This document shows, piece after piece, positions 19,629-27,949 of a DNA stretch of 64,000 bases. The notes under the pieces were generated by a model. It was not told the origin of the DNA. It did no database searches and was given only the letters and a program-made list of their open reading frames with translations. Within the stretch, counting starts at the first letter, position 1. Each line of letters opens with the position of its first letter. This DNA is from Gemmatimonadales bacterium (GTDB lineage Bacteria > Gemmatimonadota > Gemmatimonadetes > Gemmatimonadales > GWC2-71-9), in NCBI GenBank assembly GCA_041577295.1, contig JBFGJG010000001.1, forward strand, positions 128,001 to 192,000. Direction: 5' to 3'. Position numbers and translations under genes: made by a program.

Positions 19629-19792
19629 CGGGCAATTCTTGCCGGCGTAGCCCTGGGAACCGTAATGGCACTACGCCACTTATGGAGGAGACTCCACCCT
19701 AGCTTCGTTCCGGGCAGCGGAACGACGTTGTTGCACTCGCTTCACGGGGTGGGAATGGTTTGTCCTGACAATCTGCTCGACCTGGAGGTGCC

Positions 19793-21652
19793 ATGAGCGA
19801 GGTATTAGCGGCCGCGATCCGCCACGCAGCCGATCTCGGATGGCGGGCCTTTCAATCTATCAACACCCGCGTCCCGGACAGCGAGTCCATCCATCCAGTT
19901 TGGGCTCCCGGCCCTCTCCTGAAGAGCTATGAGCGCAGCCGCCCACCGCTGGGCTGGCCACGCGATACCGACTCCCTGTGCCCGCACTGCGTCAAAGAGA
20001 CGCGTGAAGCGATCATCAGCGGCGATCGTGACTTGAGCGAGCTGGTGAACGGCCACCCCGGCGAGATCCGGGCGAAGATCGTTGAGGACGACGGCAAGAT
20101 CCTCATGAAGAAGCACTGTCCAGTGCACGGAGAGTTCGTCGACACGCTTTCCATCGACGCGAAGTTCAGTGAGCTGATCGAAGAGCGGTATCCCGGCCGT
20201 GATTTCCGCACAGCGGAAGACGCGTTGATTCATCGGCACGGGACGTCGTCCATTCGCTACGGGCGCGGCGCGGTGCTCACGATCGACCTGACCAACCGCT
20301 GCAACATGATGTGCAATCCCTGCTTTATGGATGCCAACCAAGTGGGGTATGTGCACGAGCTGAGCATGGACGACATTAAGGAGATTTTGGACGCCTCTAT
20401 TTCGTTCAAGCCACGGCGCCAGATGTCCGTGCAGTTCTCGGGTGGTGAGCCCACCATGTCACCCTACTTCCTCGAAGCGTGTGCGTATGCTAAGGAGGTT
20501 GGGTACTACACAGTTCAGGCGGCCACTAACGGATTGCGCTTTGCGCTCGAGCCGGAATACGCGTTCCAGGCCAAGGAAGCCGGTCTCGACATGGCGTACT
20601 TCCAGTTCGACGGCGTGACCAACGAAGCGAATCAGCACCGGCAGATCAGCAATCTGTTCGACGCGAAGCAAATGGCTGTCGAGAACATGGCCGCGGCGGG
20701 CATCGACATCACGCCCGTAACCACTGTGGTCAACACGATCAACGACGAGCAGGTTGGCCCGATCCTCGATTTCGTCATTCAGAACTCGGACAAGATGGGC
20801 GGCGTGTCCTTCCAACCCGTGTCATTTACAGGACGCGACGAGGACATCAGTGATGAGGACCGGCATCGTCAGCGGTACACAATTTCACACCTGGCGCACG
20901 AGCTTTCTCGCTACTACGGCGGCAAGATCGATCCGTATCGCGACTGGTATCCGCTCGGGGCCATGGGAGCGTTTACCGCCCTTGCCGATCACCTTCGCGG
21001 TTCAGAAGTCCCCTTTGGCGGGTTGAACTGCTCATGCCATCCAAATTGCGGTTCGTCCGTCCTCCTCACGGTCAACTCGAAGACCAAGGAGTGGGCGCCG
21101 CTCACGCAGTTCTTCAATGTGTGGCAATTCATGAAGGACGTGTCGGTCATCTGTGATACTGCGCGTGGCAAGAAGCTGACGGTCGCGCAAGTTGGCATGG
21201 CCGTACTGCGTAACTTCGATCAGTCGAAGGCACCGCCCGGATTCGATCTCGCGGAGTTCGCCAAACTGTTCAACCGCAAGATGGGTGGAGCGTTTACCGG
21301 TGGGAAAAAGCCCGAGCCTCCCGCGTGGAAGCTGATGTGGGTTGGCGGCATGTGGTTCCAGGATCTCTGGACCTACGATTTCCGCCGCACGGAAATGTGC
21401 GTGATTCCCTACGCCACCCAGGAAGGCGAGATCTCCTTCTGCGCCTACAACACCGGTGTGGGTTGGCGGCAAGTGGTGGAGAACATGCACATGGTCGCGA
21501 CTACCAAGGATTGGTTCAAGACGCGAGGTCGGCACAAGATCTACGCGGGGAACCGTCCAATGGATCTCCCGGGCAAGAAGGGTCGGTCGTTGCCCGTGGT
21601 CACCGCGGACGTTGGTGGTGGGAATGGCCACAGCGCCTGTGGGTGCCACTAG
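19793..21652 (+). CDS. Radical SAM enzyme of the tetraether synthase (Tes/GDGT-MAS, MJ0619) family
   Basis: N-terminal CPHC...CPVHG metal site, LTNRCNMMCNPCF radical SAM motif, SGGEPT, TNG, FQPVSFTGR, CSCHPNCG, C-terminal FQD...RRTEMCVIPY...SFCAYN auxiliary-cluster region. Confidence 0.8.
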   Translation: MSEVLAAAIRHAADLGWRAFQSINTRVPDSESIHPVWAPGPLLKSYERSRPPLGWPRDTDSLCPHCVKETREAIISGDRDLSELVNGHPGEIRAKIVEDDGKILMKKHCPVHGEFVDTLSIDAKFSELIEERYPGRDFRTAEDALIHRHGTSSIRYGRGAVLTIDLTNRCNMMCNPCFMDANQVGYVHELSMDDIKEILDASISFKPRRQMSVQFSGGEPTMSPYFLEACAYAKEVGYYTVQAATNGLRFALEPEYAFQAKEAGLDMAYFQFDGVTNEANQHRQISNLFDAKQMAVENMAAAGIDITPVTTVVNTINDEQVGPILDFVIQNSDKMGGVSFQPVSFTGRDEDISDEDRHRQRYTISHLAHELSRYYGGKIDPYRDWYPLGAMGAFTALADHLRGSEVPFGGLNCSCHPNCGSSVLLTVNSKTKEWAPLTQFFNVWQFMKDVSVICDTARGKKLTVAQVGMAVLRNFDQSKAPPGFDLAEFAKLFNRKMGGAFTGGKKPEPPAWKLMWVGGMWFQDLWTYDFRRTEMCVIPYATQEGEISFCAYNTGVGWRQVVENMHMVATTKDWFKTRGRHKIYAGNRPMDLPGKKGRSLPVVTADVGGGNGHSACGCH

Positions 21653-21867
21653 GTCGGTCGGCGCGGAAGGAGCTGTCACCGACTCAGGAGCCTTGGGGAT
21701 CGCGTGAACACCGTTCTTCGAACGGACGGAAAGACGGGGCCGGTCGGTTGTTTGCACGTTGAGCACACCGACCGGCCCTCGCTGTTGATGGCAAAACGGC
21801 GCTGTGGTCGCCACGCTGAGCAGACCACCGCCGTCGCCTTCTCTCGCTCAGGCAGGGAGTGCCCGCC

Positions 21868-23343
21868 ATGAAAATGCTACTGGTGCAGCCGCCGCAGGGA
21901 ACCAGGTTCGGTCTCACACGCATCCTGCGCGTCGAACCGCTGGGGTTGGAGTGCGTGGGTGCGGCTGTTCGCGAGCACGGCGTCGATGCCGAGCTCATCG
22001 ACCTCCGTGTCGATACGTGGGAAGGCCTCGACCGTGCACTCGACGACCGACCGGATGTGATTGGGGTGAGCTGCGCGTTCACGACCGATGTGTATCCAAC
22101 GCTCGAGGTCACCCGCTTCATCAAAGAGCGCTACCCGGACCTCCCGCTGGTCGTGGGGGGCCACCATGCCTCGCTCGTGCCGGATGACTTCTTCCACACC
22201 GACTCCCATGTCGACGCTGTGGTTATTGGCGAGGGTGAGCAGCCGGCCATCAACATCGTGCAGGCCCTGAAGAACCGGCACCCGATCGATGCCGTCCCGG
22301 GGGTCATGACGTGGAAGAACCGCGAGAACGGCTTCAAGCATCAGCAACTGCGCGCCGGATTCGAGGTGATACCTCAGCCCGATCGATCACTCACGGCCAA
22401 GTATCGCGAATGGTATCACCACGGCCAGGCAGTGCCGTCGGCCAGCGTCGAAACGTCACGCGGCTGCCCGTTCGACTGCAACTTCTGCAGCGTATGGGTG
22501 TTCTACCAGCGCCGTGCCCGCAGGCGCTCGCCAGAGACCATCGTACGGGAGCTCGAGAACGTCGACGAATACGAAGTCTTCTTCACGGACGACATCGCGT
22601 TTCTCCATTACGAGTCGTACAAGGAGATGGCGGAGCGCATCTTGGCGTCTGGCATGCAAAAGAAGTTCACGTGCGAAACGCGTTGCGACCTCGTCATCAA
22701 GTACCGCGACCTGTTCCCGTTGTGGAAGAAGGCAGGTCTCCACACGGTGTTTCTCGGGGTGGAGAAGATCGATGACGACGGGCTCAAGTCCGTGCGCAAG
22801 CGCACCAAAGGCGGGGCCGACTCCAACGTCGAGGCCATCCGGATCCTGAAGGATGCGGGCATCACGCCGCTGACATCGTTCATCACGGATCCGGCATGGC
22901 ACGAAGAGGGGTTCGATCGGCTGGAGGAATACATCCGGCGCCACGAGCTTCCCAATCCCGCGTTCACCGTGCTCACACCCTTGCCGGGAACGGAGCTGTA
23001 CACCGAGCGCAAGCACGAACTCACGACGCACGACTACGGCTACTATGATGTGATTCACGCCGTGCTGCCAACCACGCTCCCGTTAGAGCGGTTCTATGAA
23101 CGCCTGGCGCAACTCTACGATCTGACCGTCAAGACAACGCGGCTCACGATGCCAATGATGTTCAAGGCGGCGCGGATGGCAATGGATGGGAAGCTGTGGT
23201 GCATGCGTCGAGTGTACAGTGCCGTGTCGGAAATGCGTCAGCCCAAGGCCTATCTCAAGCCCCCTGTGCGTGTTCTGGCGCCAAGTCGCAACGGCGACGC
23301 GGCGACAACCAACGGGCGCCGGCTCGCGTCACGCGTTGCCTGA
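21868..23343 (+). CDS. B12-binding radical SAM enzyme (HpnR/Grs-like clade)
   Basis: EPLGLE, VVGGHHAS, VIGEGE cobalamin-binding domain; SRGCPFDCNFC; TPLPGTELY, YDVIHAVLPT.LP...FY. Confidence 0.85.
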   Translation: MKMLLVQPPQGTRFGLTRILRVEPLGLECVGAAVREHGVDAELIDLRVDTWEGLDRALDDRPDVIGVSCAFTTDVYPTLEVTRFIKERYPDLPLVVGGHHASLVPDDFFHTDSHVDAVVIGEGEQPAINIVQALKNRHPIDAVPGVMTWKNRENGFKHQQLRAGFEVIPQPDRSLTAKYREWYHHGQAVPSASVETSRGCPFDCNFCSVWVFYQRRARRRSPETIVRELENVDEYEVFFTDDIAFLHYESYKEMAERILASGMQKKFTCETRCDLVIKYRDLFPLWKKAGLHTVFLGVEKIDDDGLKSVRKRTKGGADSNVEAIRILKDAGITPLTSFITDPAWHEEGFDRLEEYIRRHELPNPAFTVLTPLPGTELYTERKHELTTHDYGYYDVIHAVLPTTLPLERFYERLAQLYDLTVKTTRLTMPMMFKAARMAMDGKLWCMRRVYSAVSEMRQPKAYLKPPVRVLAPSRNGDAATTNGRRLASRVA

Positions 23344-23352
23344 CCTGGGACG

Positions 23353-24162
23353 CTACGAGCAGTCGATGCCCAGTCGGGTCGCGAGCCGCTTCGGATCGTC
23401 CCACCTCCTCGGCGCGAGCCCGAGCACGATGTTCCAAAGGCAGTGGAGCGGTGGCGGGAGGTTGGGAGCCGGACCCGGCGTGTAGAAGCGACCCCAACAC
23501 TGCTCGTGGTCCCAGGACCACCCTTTTCCATCCGGGTGCATCCCCGAGCGAGCAGTATAGGTTGGGCTGTGGCTGAGCAGATAAGGGTGAAGCTCGAACC
23601 GCGGCTCGATGGGTCGGCACGCAATGCGAAGTAGCGCGCATTGATGGTTTCGAAGCGCGGCGGGGGTGTCGGGGTGGAGATCCAACGAGATGTCGGTGAT
23701 GTCGGCGAGGCCGTGACGGTACTCACTCGCGATCGGATGCAGGATGGGATCGTCGAGCGTGACTGGGTGTGCCGTGGTCTGGTATTCCGCGAGACGACGC
23801 CCAACGACCCGCGTGAGTGGCGCTTCGGCGGCAGGCGGTGCCACGATCGTTAGAATCACCTCTGCTGGTGCCCTCGCCTCCGCCGGTGCCAATTTGACGA
23901 TCGAGTAGCTGGTCGCGTGCTCCCGGACCACGGGATCCTGAACCGTGCCGCTGATCGCCTCCGAGACGAGGGCCTCGAGGGCTCGGAAGGGGGCTCCGGG
24001 GATGGAGGGATCAGGCTCCCGGCGCACCGTCCAGCGATAGAGCGCAAGTTCAGCGTGCATAGTATGCTGTGGGATCGTGACTGTTCTGCACCGTTCGACC
24101 ACCGACGCCGGTGTGCTCGCTAGACTTGCGTCGATCGTCAGAAGGGTGAAGGTTTGCCACAC
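23353..24162 (-). CDS. Hypothetical protein
   Basis: 269-aa ORF that exactly fills the gap between two plus-strand radical SAM genes; no recognisable motif. Confidence 0.55.
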   Translation of the reverse strand: MWQTFTLLTIDASLASTPASVVERCRTVTIPQHTMHAELALYRWTVRREPDPSIPGAPFRALEALVSEAISGTVQDPVVREHATSYSIVKLAPAEARAPAEVILTIVAPPAAEAPLTRVVGRRLAEYQTTAHPVTLDDPILHPIASEYRHGLADITDISLDLHPDTPAALRNHQCALLRIACRPIEPRFELHPYLLSHSPTYTARSGMHPDGKGWSWDHEQCWGRFYTPGPAPNLPPPLHCLWNIVLGLAPRRWDDPKRLATRLGIDCS

Positions 24163-24185
24163 CTCTCTCTAACCTAGGAACTGCC

Positions 24186-25787
24186 GTGCGACGTCTTCGG
24201 ATCGGAATACTCGACCTGGTCACAAAAGCGCCGACGAAAGCGCTATACGGTCGGCTCATGCACCCGAACCTGGCGAGTATCATGCCCCAGGCGGTCGGCG
24301 TCTGGTGCGAAGAAGCGGGCCACAATGTGACGTTCGTCTGCTTCACCGGCTCAGAAGACCTCCTGCAAGAGCTTCCCGCGGACATGGACGTCCTGTTTAT
24401 CGGCGCCTTCAGCCAGGCTGCGCAGCTGGCCTACGCTGTCAGCAATTTATTCCGGAAGCGCGGCGCTGTGACCGTCCTCGGTGGCCCCCATGCCCGCTGC
24501 TACCCCGACGACGCGACCAAGTACTTCGATTATGTCGTGGGCTTCACCGATCAGACCATCATCGACGAGATCCTAAAGGACTGTAGCCCCCATCGACCGG
24601 TTGGCCTTCACCTGACCGCCAAGAAGCAGCCGCAGTACCTGCCGGGGGTCCGAGAACGGTGGCGCTTCATTGAGCCGACGCTCGCCAAGTCGCCGACGAA
24701 CATCAAGGGCGTTCCCATGATCGGGAGTCTCGGGTGCCCGTATACCTGCAGCTTCTGTATCGATTCCGTCGTCGACTATCAGCCGCTGGATTATGACCAG
24801 ATCCGTGAGGATCTACGCTTTCTGATTGGCAAGATGCCAAATGCGTGGGTGGGATGGCACGATCCCAATTTTGGTGTGCGCTTCGATGACTACATGTCGG
24901 CCATCGAAGATGCCATCCGTCCGGGAACCCTGACGTTTGCGGCCGAAAGCAGCCTGTCCCTTCTCAAAGAAGCGAATCTCAAGCGCCTCGCGGCGGCAGG
25001 CTTCAGGGTCATGCTCCCAGGGATCGAGTCATGGTACAGCCTCGGTGGCAAGTCCAAAACCGGGCGCAAGACTGGGATGGACAAGGTCCGGCAGGTGTCC
25101 GATCACGTCAACCTGATTATGTCGTACATCCCATACGTTCAGACGAACTTCGTGCTAGGCCTCGACGTGGATGAGGGCGAGGAGCCGTTTGAATTGACCA
25201 AACGTTTCATCGATCTGACGCCCGGTGCATTTCCGGGATATTCCCTGCTCTCCGCCTTCGGTGAGGCGGCGCCGCTCAATCTCGAATTTCAGAAGGCGGA
25301 TCGGGTACTGCCCTTCCCATTCCACTTCCTGAACAACAATCAGGCGATGAACGTCAAGCCCAAGAACTACGAATGGAAGACGTTCTACGATCACGTCATC
25401 GACCTGACCCAGTACTCGTTCTCGTGGAAGAACATCGTGCGGCGGGCCAGGGGGACACAGCGCGGCTTTGCCACGTGGGTGAACCTTCTCCGGGCGGTGT
25501 CTTCGGAAGGCTTCGGTCGCATCAAATACTACAAGACGGTGCGACGGCTGCTCGACACGGACAAGTCGGTGCAGCGCTTTTTTGCCGGGGAAGCCACGAC
25601 CGATATTCCATCCTTCTATGTCGATCGCATGAAGAGCGATCTCGGGCCACTGTGGGAGCACCTGCCAGAGGGCGCCTTACACCACGACCCCAACGCCTAT
25701 CTCAAAAAGATGAACGGTCGGGCTCCTGCGGTAACTCCGGAATCGGATCTCCAGAAGACTCCTGCGTTGGGTCGGGCCTCTGCCTGA
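24186..25787 (+). CDS. B12-binding-domain radical SAM enzyme
   Basis: TVLGGPHA, SLGCPYTCSFC, HDPNF, GIES, NFVLGLD. Confidence 0.85.
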   Translation: MRRLRIGILDLVTKAPTKALYGRLMHPNLASIMPQAVGVWCEEAGHNVTFVCFTGSEDLLQELPADMDVLFIGAFSQAAQLAYAVSNLFRKRGAVTVLGGPHARCYPDDATKYFDYVVGFTDQTIIDEILKDCSPHRPVGLHLTAKKQPQYLPGVRERWRFIEPTLAKSPTNIKGVPMIGSLGCPYTCSFCIDSVVDYQPLDYDQIREDLRFLIGKMPNAWVGWHDPNFGVRFDDYMSAIEDAIRPGTLTFAAESSLSLLKEANLKRLAAAGFRVMLPGIESWYSLGGKSKTGRKTGMDKVRQVSDHVNLIMSYIPYVQTNFVLGLDVDEGEEPFELTKRFIDLTPGAFPGYSLLSAFGEAAPLNLEFQKADRVLPFPFHFLNNNQAMNVKPKNYEWKTFYDHVIDLTQYSFSWKNIVRRARGTQRGFATWVNLLRAVSSEGFGRIKYYKTVRRLLDTDKSVQRFFAGEATTDIPSFYVDRMKSDLGPLWEHLPEGALHHDPNAYLKKMNGRAPAVTPESDLQKTPALGRASA

Positions 25788-26535
25788 TCGCCGCTAGCTG
25801 AGCCCGAATCGCTTCAACGATACGGTCGACGATGGCCTGAGCCGTCTCGCGCGACCGCGGTCCGTCTAACAGATCGGAGTAATCGACGGGTGGCCCGTAT
25901 GCCACGCGAATCCGCTTGAAGAAGCGTGGGACAACCGATCCGATGGGCAGCACGTCCTGCATGCCATCGATCGCCACGGGGATCACCCTCGGTCGCGTGC
26001 CCAGAATGACCAGCCCCGCTCCCGGCCGGCCCCTCCCCACCGACCCGTCCCGTGTTCGGGTCCCCTCCGGAAAGACCGTCATGACGCCAGCCGGCAGAAC
26101 CTGGAGCATACGATGGAGCGCATGCAAATCCCGGCGGCCCTCCTTGATCGGAATACACTTCCAGTTGTCCGCGAGCCAGCGCAGGGCAGGTGTCCGATAG
26201 AAATTCTCCTCCGCGGCGGGGTTCCAGGGGAGGAGATGGGGTTTCCAAAGCGATCGCGGGAAATAGGCGAGCAAGCCCACGAGGAAGCTGTCGATCATGG
26301 ACTGATGGTTCGATAGCAGCAGCGTGTTCGGCTCATCATCGATGTTCTCGAGCCCGGTCACGGTCGTACGATTGAAGACGCGAAACAGCACCCAAAACAC
26401 CGCGACCGTGAAATTGGTCAGGAAATACGCCGTGATCGGCCAAAGAAGCCGGAAGAGGCTCCCCCGCCGTGGCGGGGCATGCTTACGGAGGCGCTCGGTG
26501 ATTCCTCGGGCGCGGCTCCGAACCGTTGACGTCAA
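25702..26535 (-). CDS. Lysophospholipid acyltransferase (PlsC family)
   Basis: NHQSMID (HX4D), FPEGTR, IPVAIDG, YGPP motifs. Confidence 0.92.
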   Translation of the reverse strand: MTSTVRSRARGITERLRKHAPPRRGSLFRLLWPITAYFLTNFTVAVFWVLFRVFNRTTVTGLENIDDEPNTLLLSNHQSMIDSFLVGLLAYFPRSLWKPHLLPWNPAAEENFYRTPALRWLADNWKCIPIKEGRRDLHALHRMLQVLPAGVMTVFPEGTRTRDGSVGRGRPGAGLVILGTRPRVIPVAIDGMQDVLPIGSVVPRFFKRIRVAYGPPVDYSDLLDGPRSRETAQAIVDRIVEAIRAQLAAIRQRPDPTQESSGDPIPELPQEPDRSSF

Positions 26536-26623
26536 ACCAGTCCCCCCGGAAAACCCGCCACAATGATGCCTGGCGCCAGTTCCGCCCGCAACCCACGAGA
26601 ACCCCTGGGTTTAGTGGGCAAGT

Positions 26624-27949
26624 TCAGGTCAGAAACAGGTAACGGAGTACGAAGAGCACCGCGAAGACTGTGATCAACGAGGGAACTTCCTGGATCTTTC
26701 CACGAACGGCCTTGAGCAGCGTATACGAGATGAACCCAAACGCGATGCCTTCAGTAATGCTGAAGGTCAGGGGCATCACGATCATCGTGAGAAAAGCGGG
26801 AAGCGCCTCCGCGACGTCGCTCCAATCTACCCGCGCCACACTCTTGACCATGTAGCTCCCCACGACGATCAATGCCGGCGCCACGATGGGGTACAGCACC
26901 TGTCCGTCGCCAAGCGGCACACCGCGCCCGATCATCCCCACCAACGGCGCGAAGAACAGGGCAAAGAGAAACATTACGGCAGTGACCAGGCTGGCCAATC
27001 CCGTTCGGCCACCCGCGGTGACCCCGGCAGCACTTTCGACGTAGCTGGTTACGGTAGACGTCCCCATGAGGGACCCCGTGACCGTGCCAACGGCGTCTGA
27101 CAGGAGTGCTTGCCGCGCCCGAGGCAGTGTGCCATCGTCGCGCACGAGCCCAGCCTCTTGTGTCACGCCGATCAGCGTTCCCACCGTATCGAAGAGGTCG
27201 AGAAAGAAGAACACGAAGATGACAGCAACCATTTCGATGCGGAACACGCCGAGCACGTCCAGACCGAACAACGTCGGCGTCAGTGAGGGCGGACGGCCCA
27301 CGATCCCCTGAAACTCCACGAGACCGGTGACGAGTGCCGCGGTCAGCGTCGTCAGGATTCCTGCGAGGATCGCCGCACGGACGCGCCAGGCCAGCAGCAC
27401 GGCGGTGACGATGAGTCCGAGCACCGTCAGCAGCGTGGCCGGACTCCGCAGGTCACCGAGCTGGACCAGCGTGCCGGGACTATCGACCACGATTCCGCCC
27501 CACTCGAAGCCCACCAAGGCAATGAGGAGCCCGATGCCCGCCGCGATACCGTTGCGCAGGGCTGCGGGGACCGCGTTGACCAGACGCTCTCGAAACCCGA
27601 CAAACGCCAGGAGAATGAACAAACAGCCCGATACAAAGATGGCTCCGAGCGCTTGTTGCCACGCGTATCCGAGCCCCCCTACTACGGTGTACGTGAAAAA
27701 GAAGTTGTGGCCCATACCGGGAGCGAGCGCGATTGGGTAGTTCGCAAGCACGCCCATGAGCAACGTGGCGAGAGCGCTCGCGAGACAGGTCGCGACCATC
27801 ACAGCCCCGGCGTCCATCCCCGCAGCTCCCAACACCACCGGTTGGACGAAGATGATGTACGACATAGTGAAAAACGTCGTGGCGCCGGCCACAATCTCGC
27901 GCCGGATAGTGGTCTGGTGCTGTTCAAGCCGGAACAACGGTTCGATCAT
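26624..27949 (-). CDS. NCS2/AzgA family purine permease
   Basis: TTFFTMSYI, APGMG, DLFDTVGTL, TSYVESAAG, GGRTGL. Confidence 0.92.
   Translation of the reverse strand: MIEPLFRLEQHQTTIRREIVAGATTFFTMSYIIFVQPVVLGAAGMDAGAVMVATCLASALATLLMGVLANYPIALAPGMGHNFFFTYTVVGGLGYAWQQALGAIFVSGCLFILLAFVGFRERLVNAVPAALRNGIAAGIGLLIALVGFEWGGIVVDSPGTLVQLGDLRSPATLLTVLGLIVTAVLLAWRVRAAILAGILTTLTAALVTGLVEFQGIVGRPPSLTPTLFGLDVLGVFRIEMVAVIFVFFFLDLFDTVGTLIGVTQEAGLVRDDGTLPRARQALLSDAVGTVTGSLMGTSTVTSYVESAAGVTAGGRTGLASLVTAVMFLFALFFAPLVGMIGRGVPLGDGQVLYPIVAPALIVVGSYMVKSVARVDWSDVAEALPAFLTMIVMPLTFSITEGIAFGFISYTLLKAVRGKIQEVPSLITVFAVLFVLRYLFLT

Noticed and set aside
19630..19790. Cobalamin riboswitch upstream of the radical SAM cluster
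   Set aside because: Only a GGGAA element is present; the B12-box and the other conserved segments could not be identified.
23353..24162. Lantibiotic dehydratase C-terminal-like assignment for the orphan ORF
   Set aside because: Only a vague pattern resemblance, no diagnostic motif and no lanthipeptide or thiopeptide context.
19793..25787. RiPP biosynthetic cluster interpretation of the three radical SAMs
   Set aside because: No precursor peptide, RRE/PqqD domain, peptidase or exporter; the Tes-type architecture and PlsC point to lipids.
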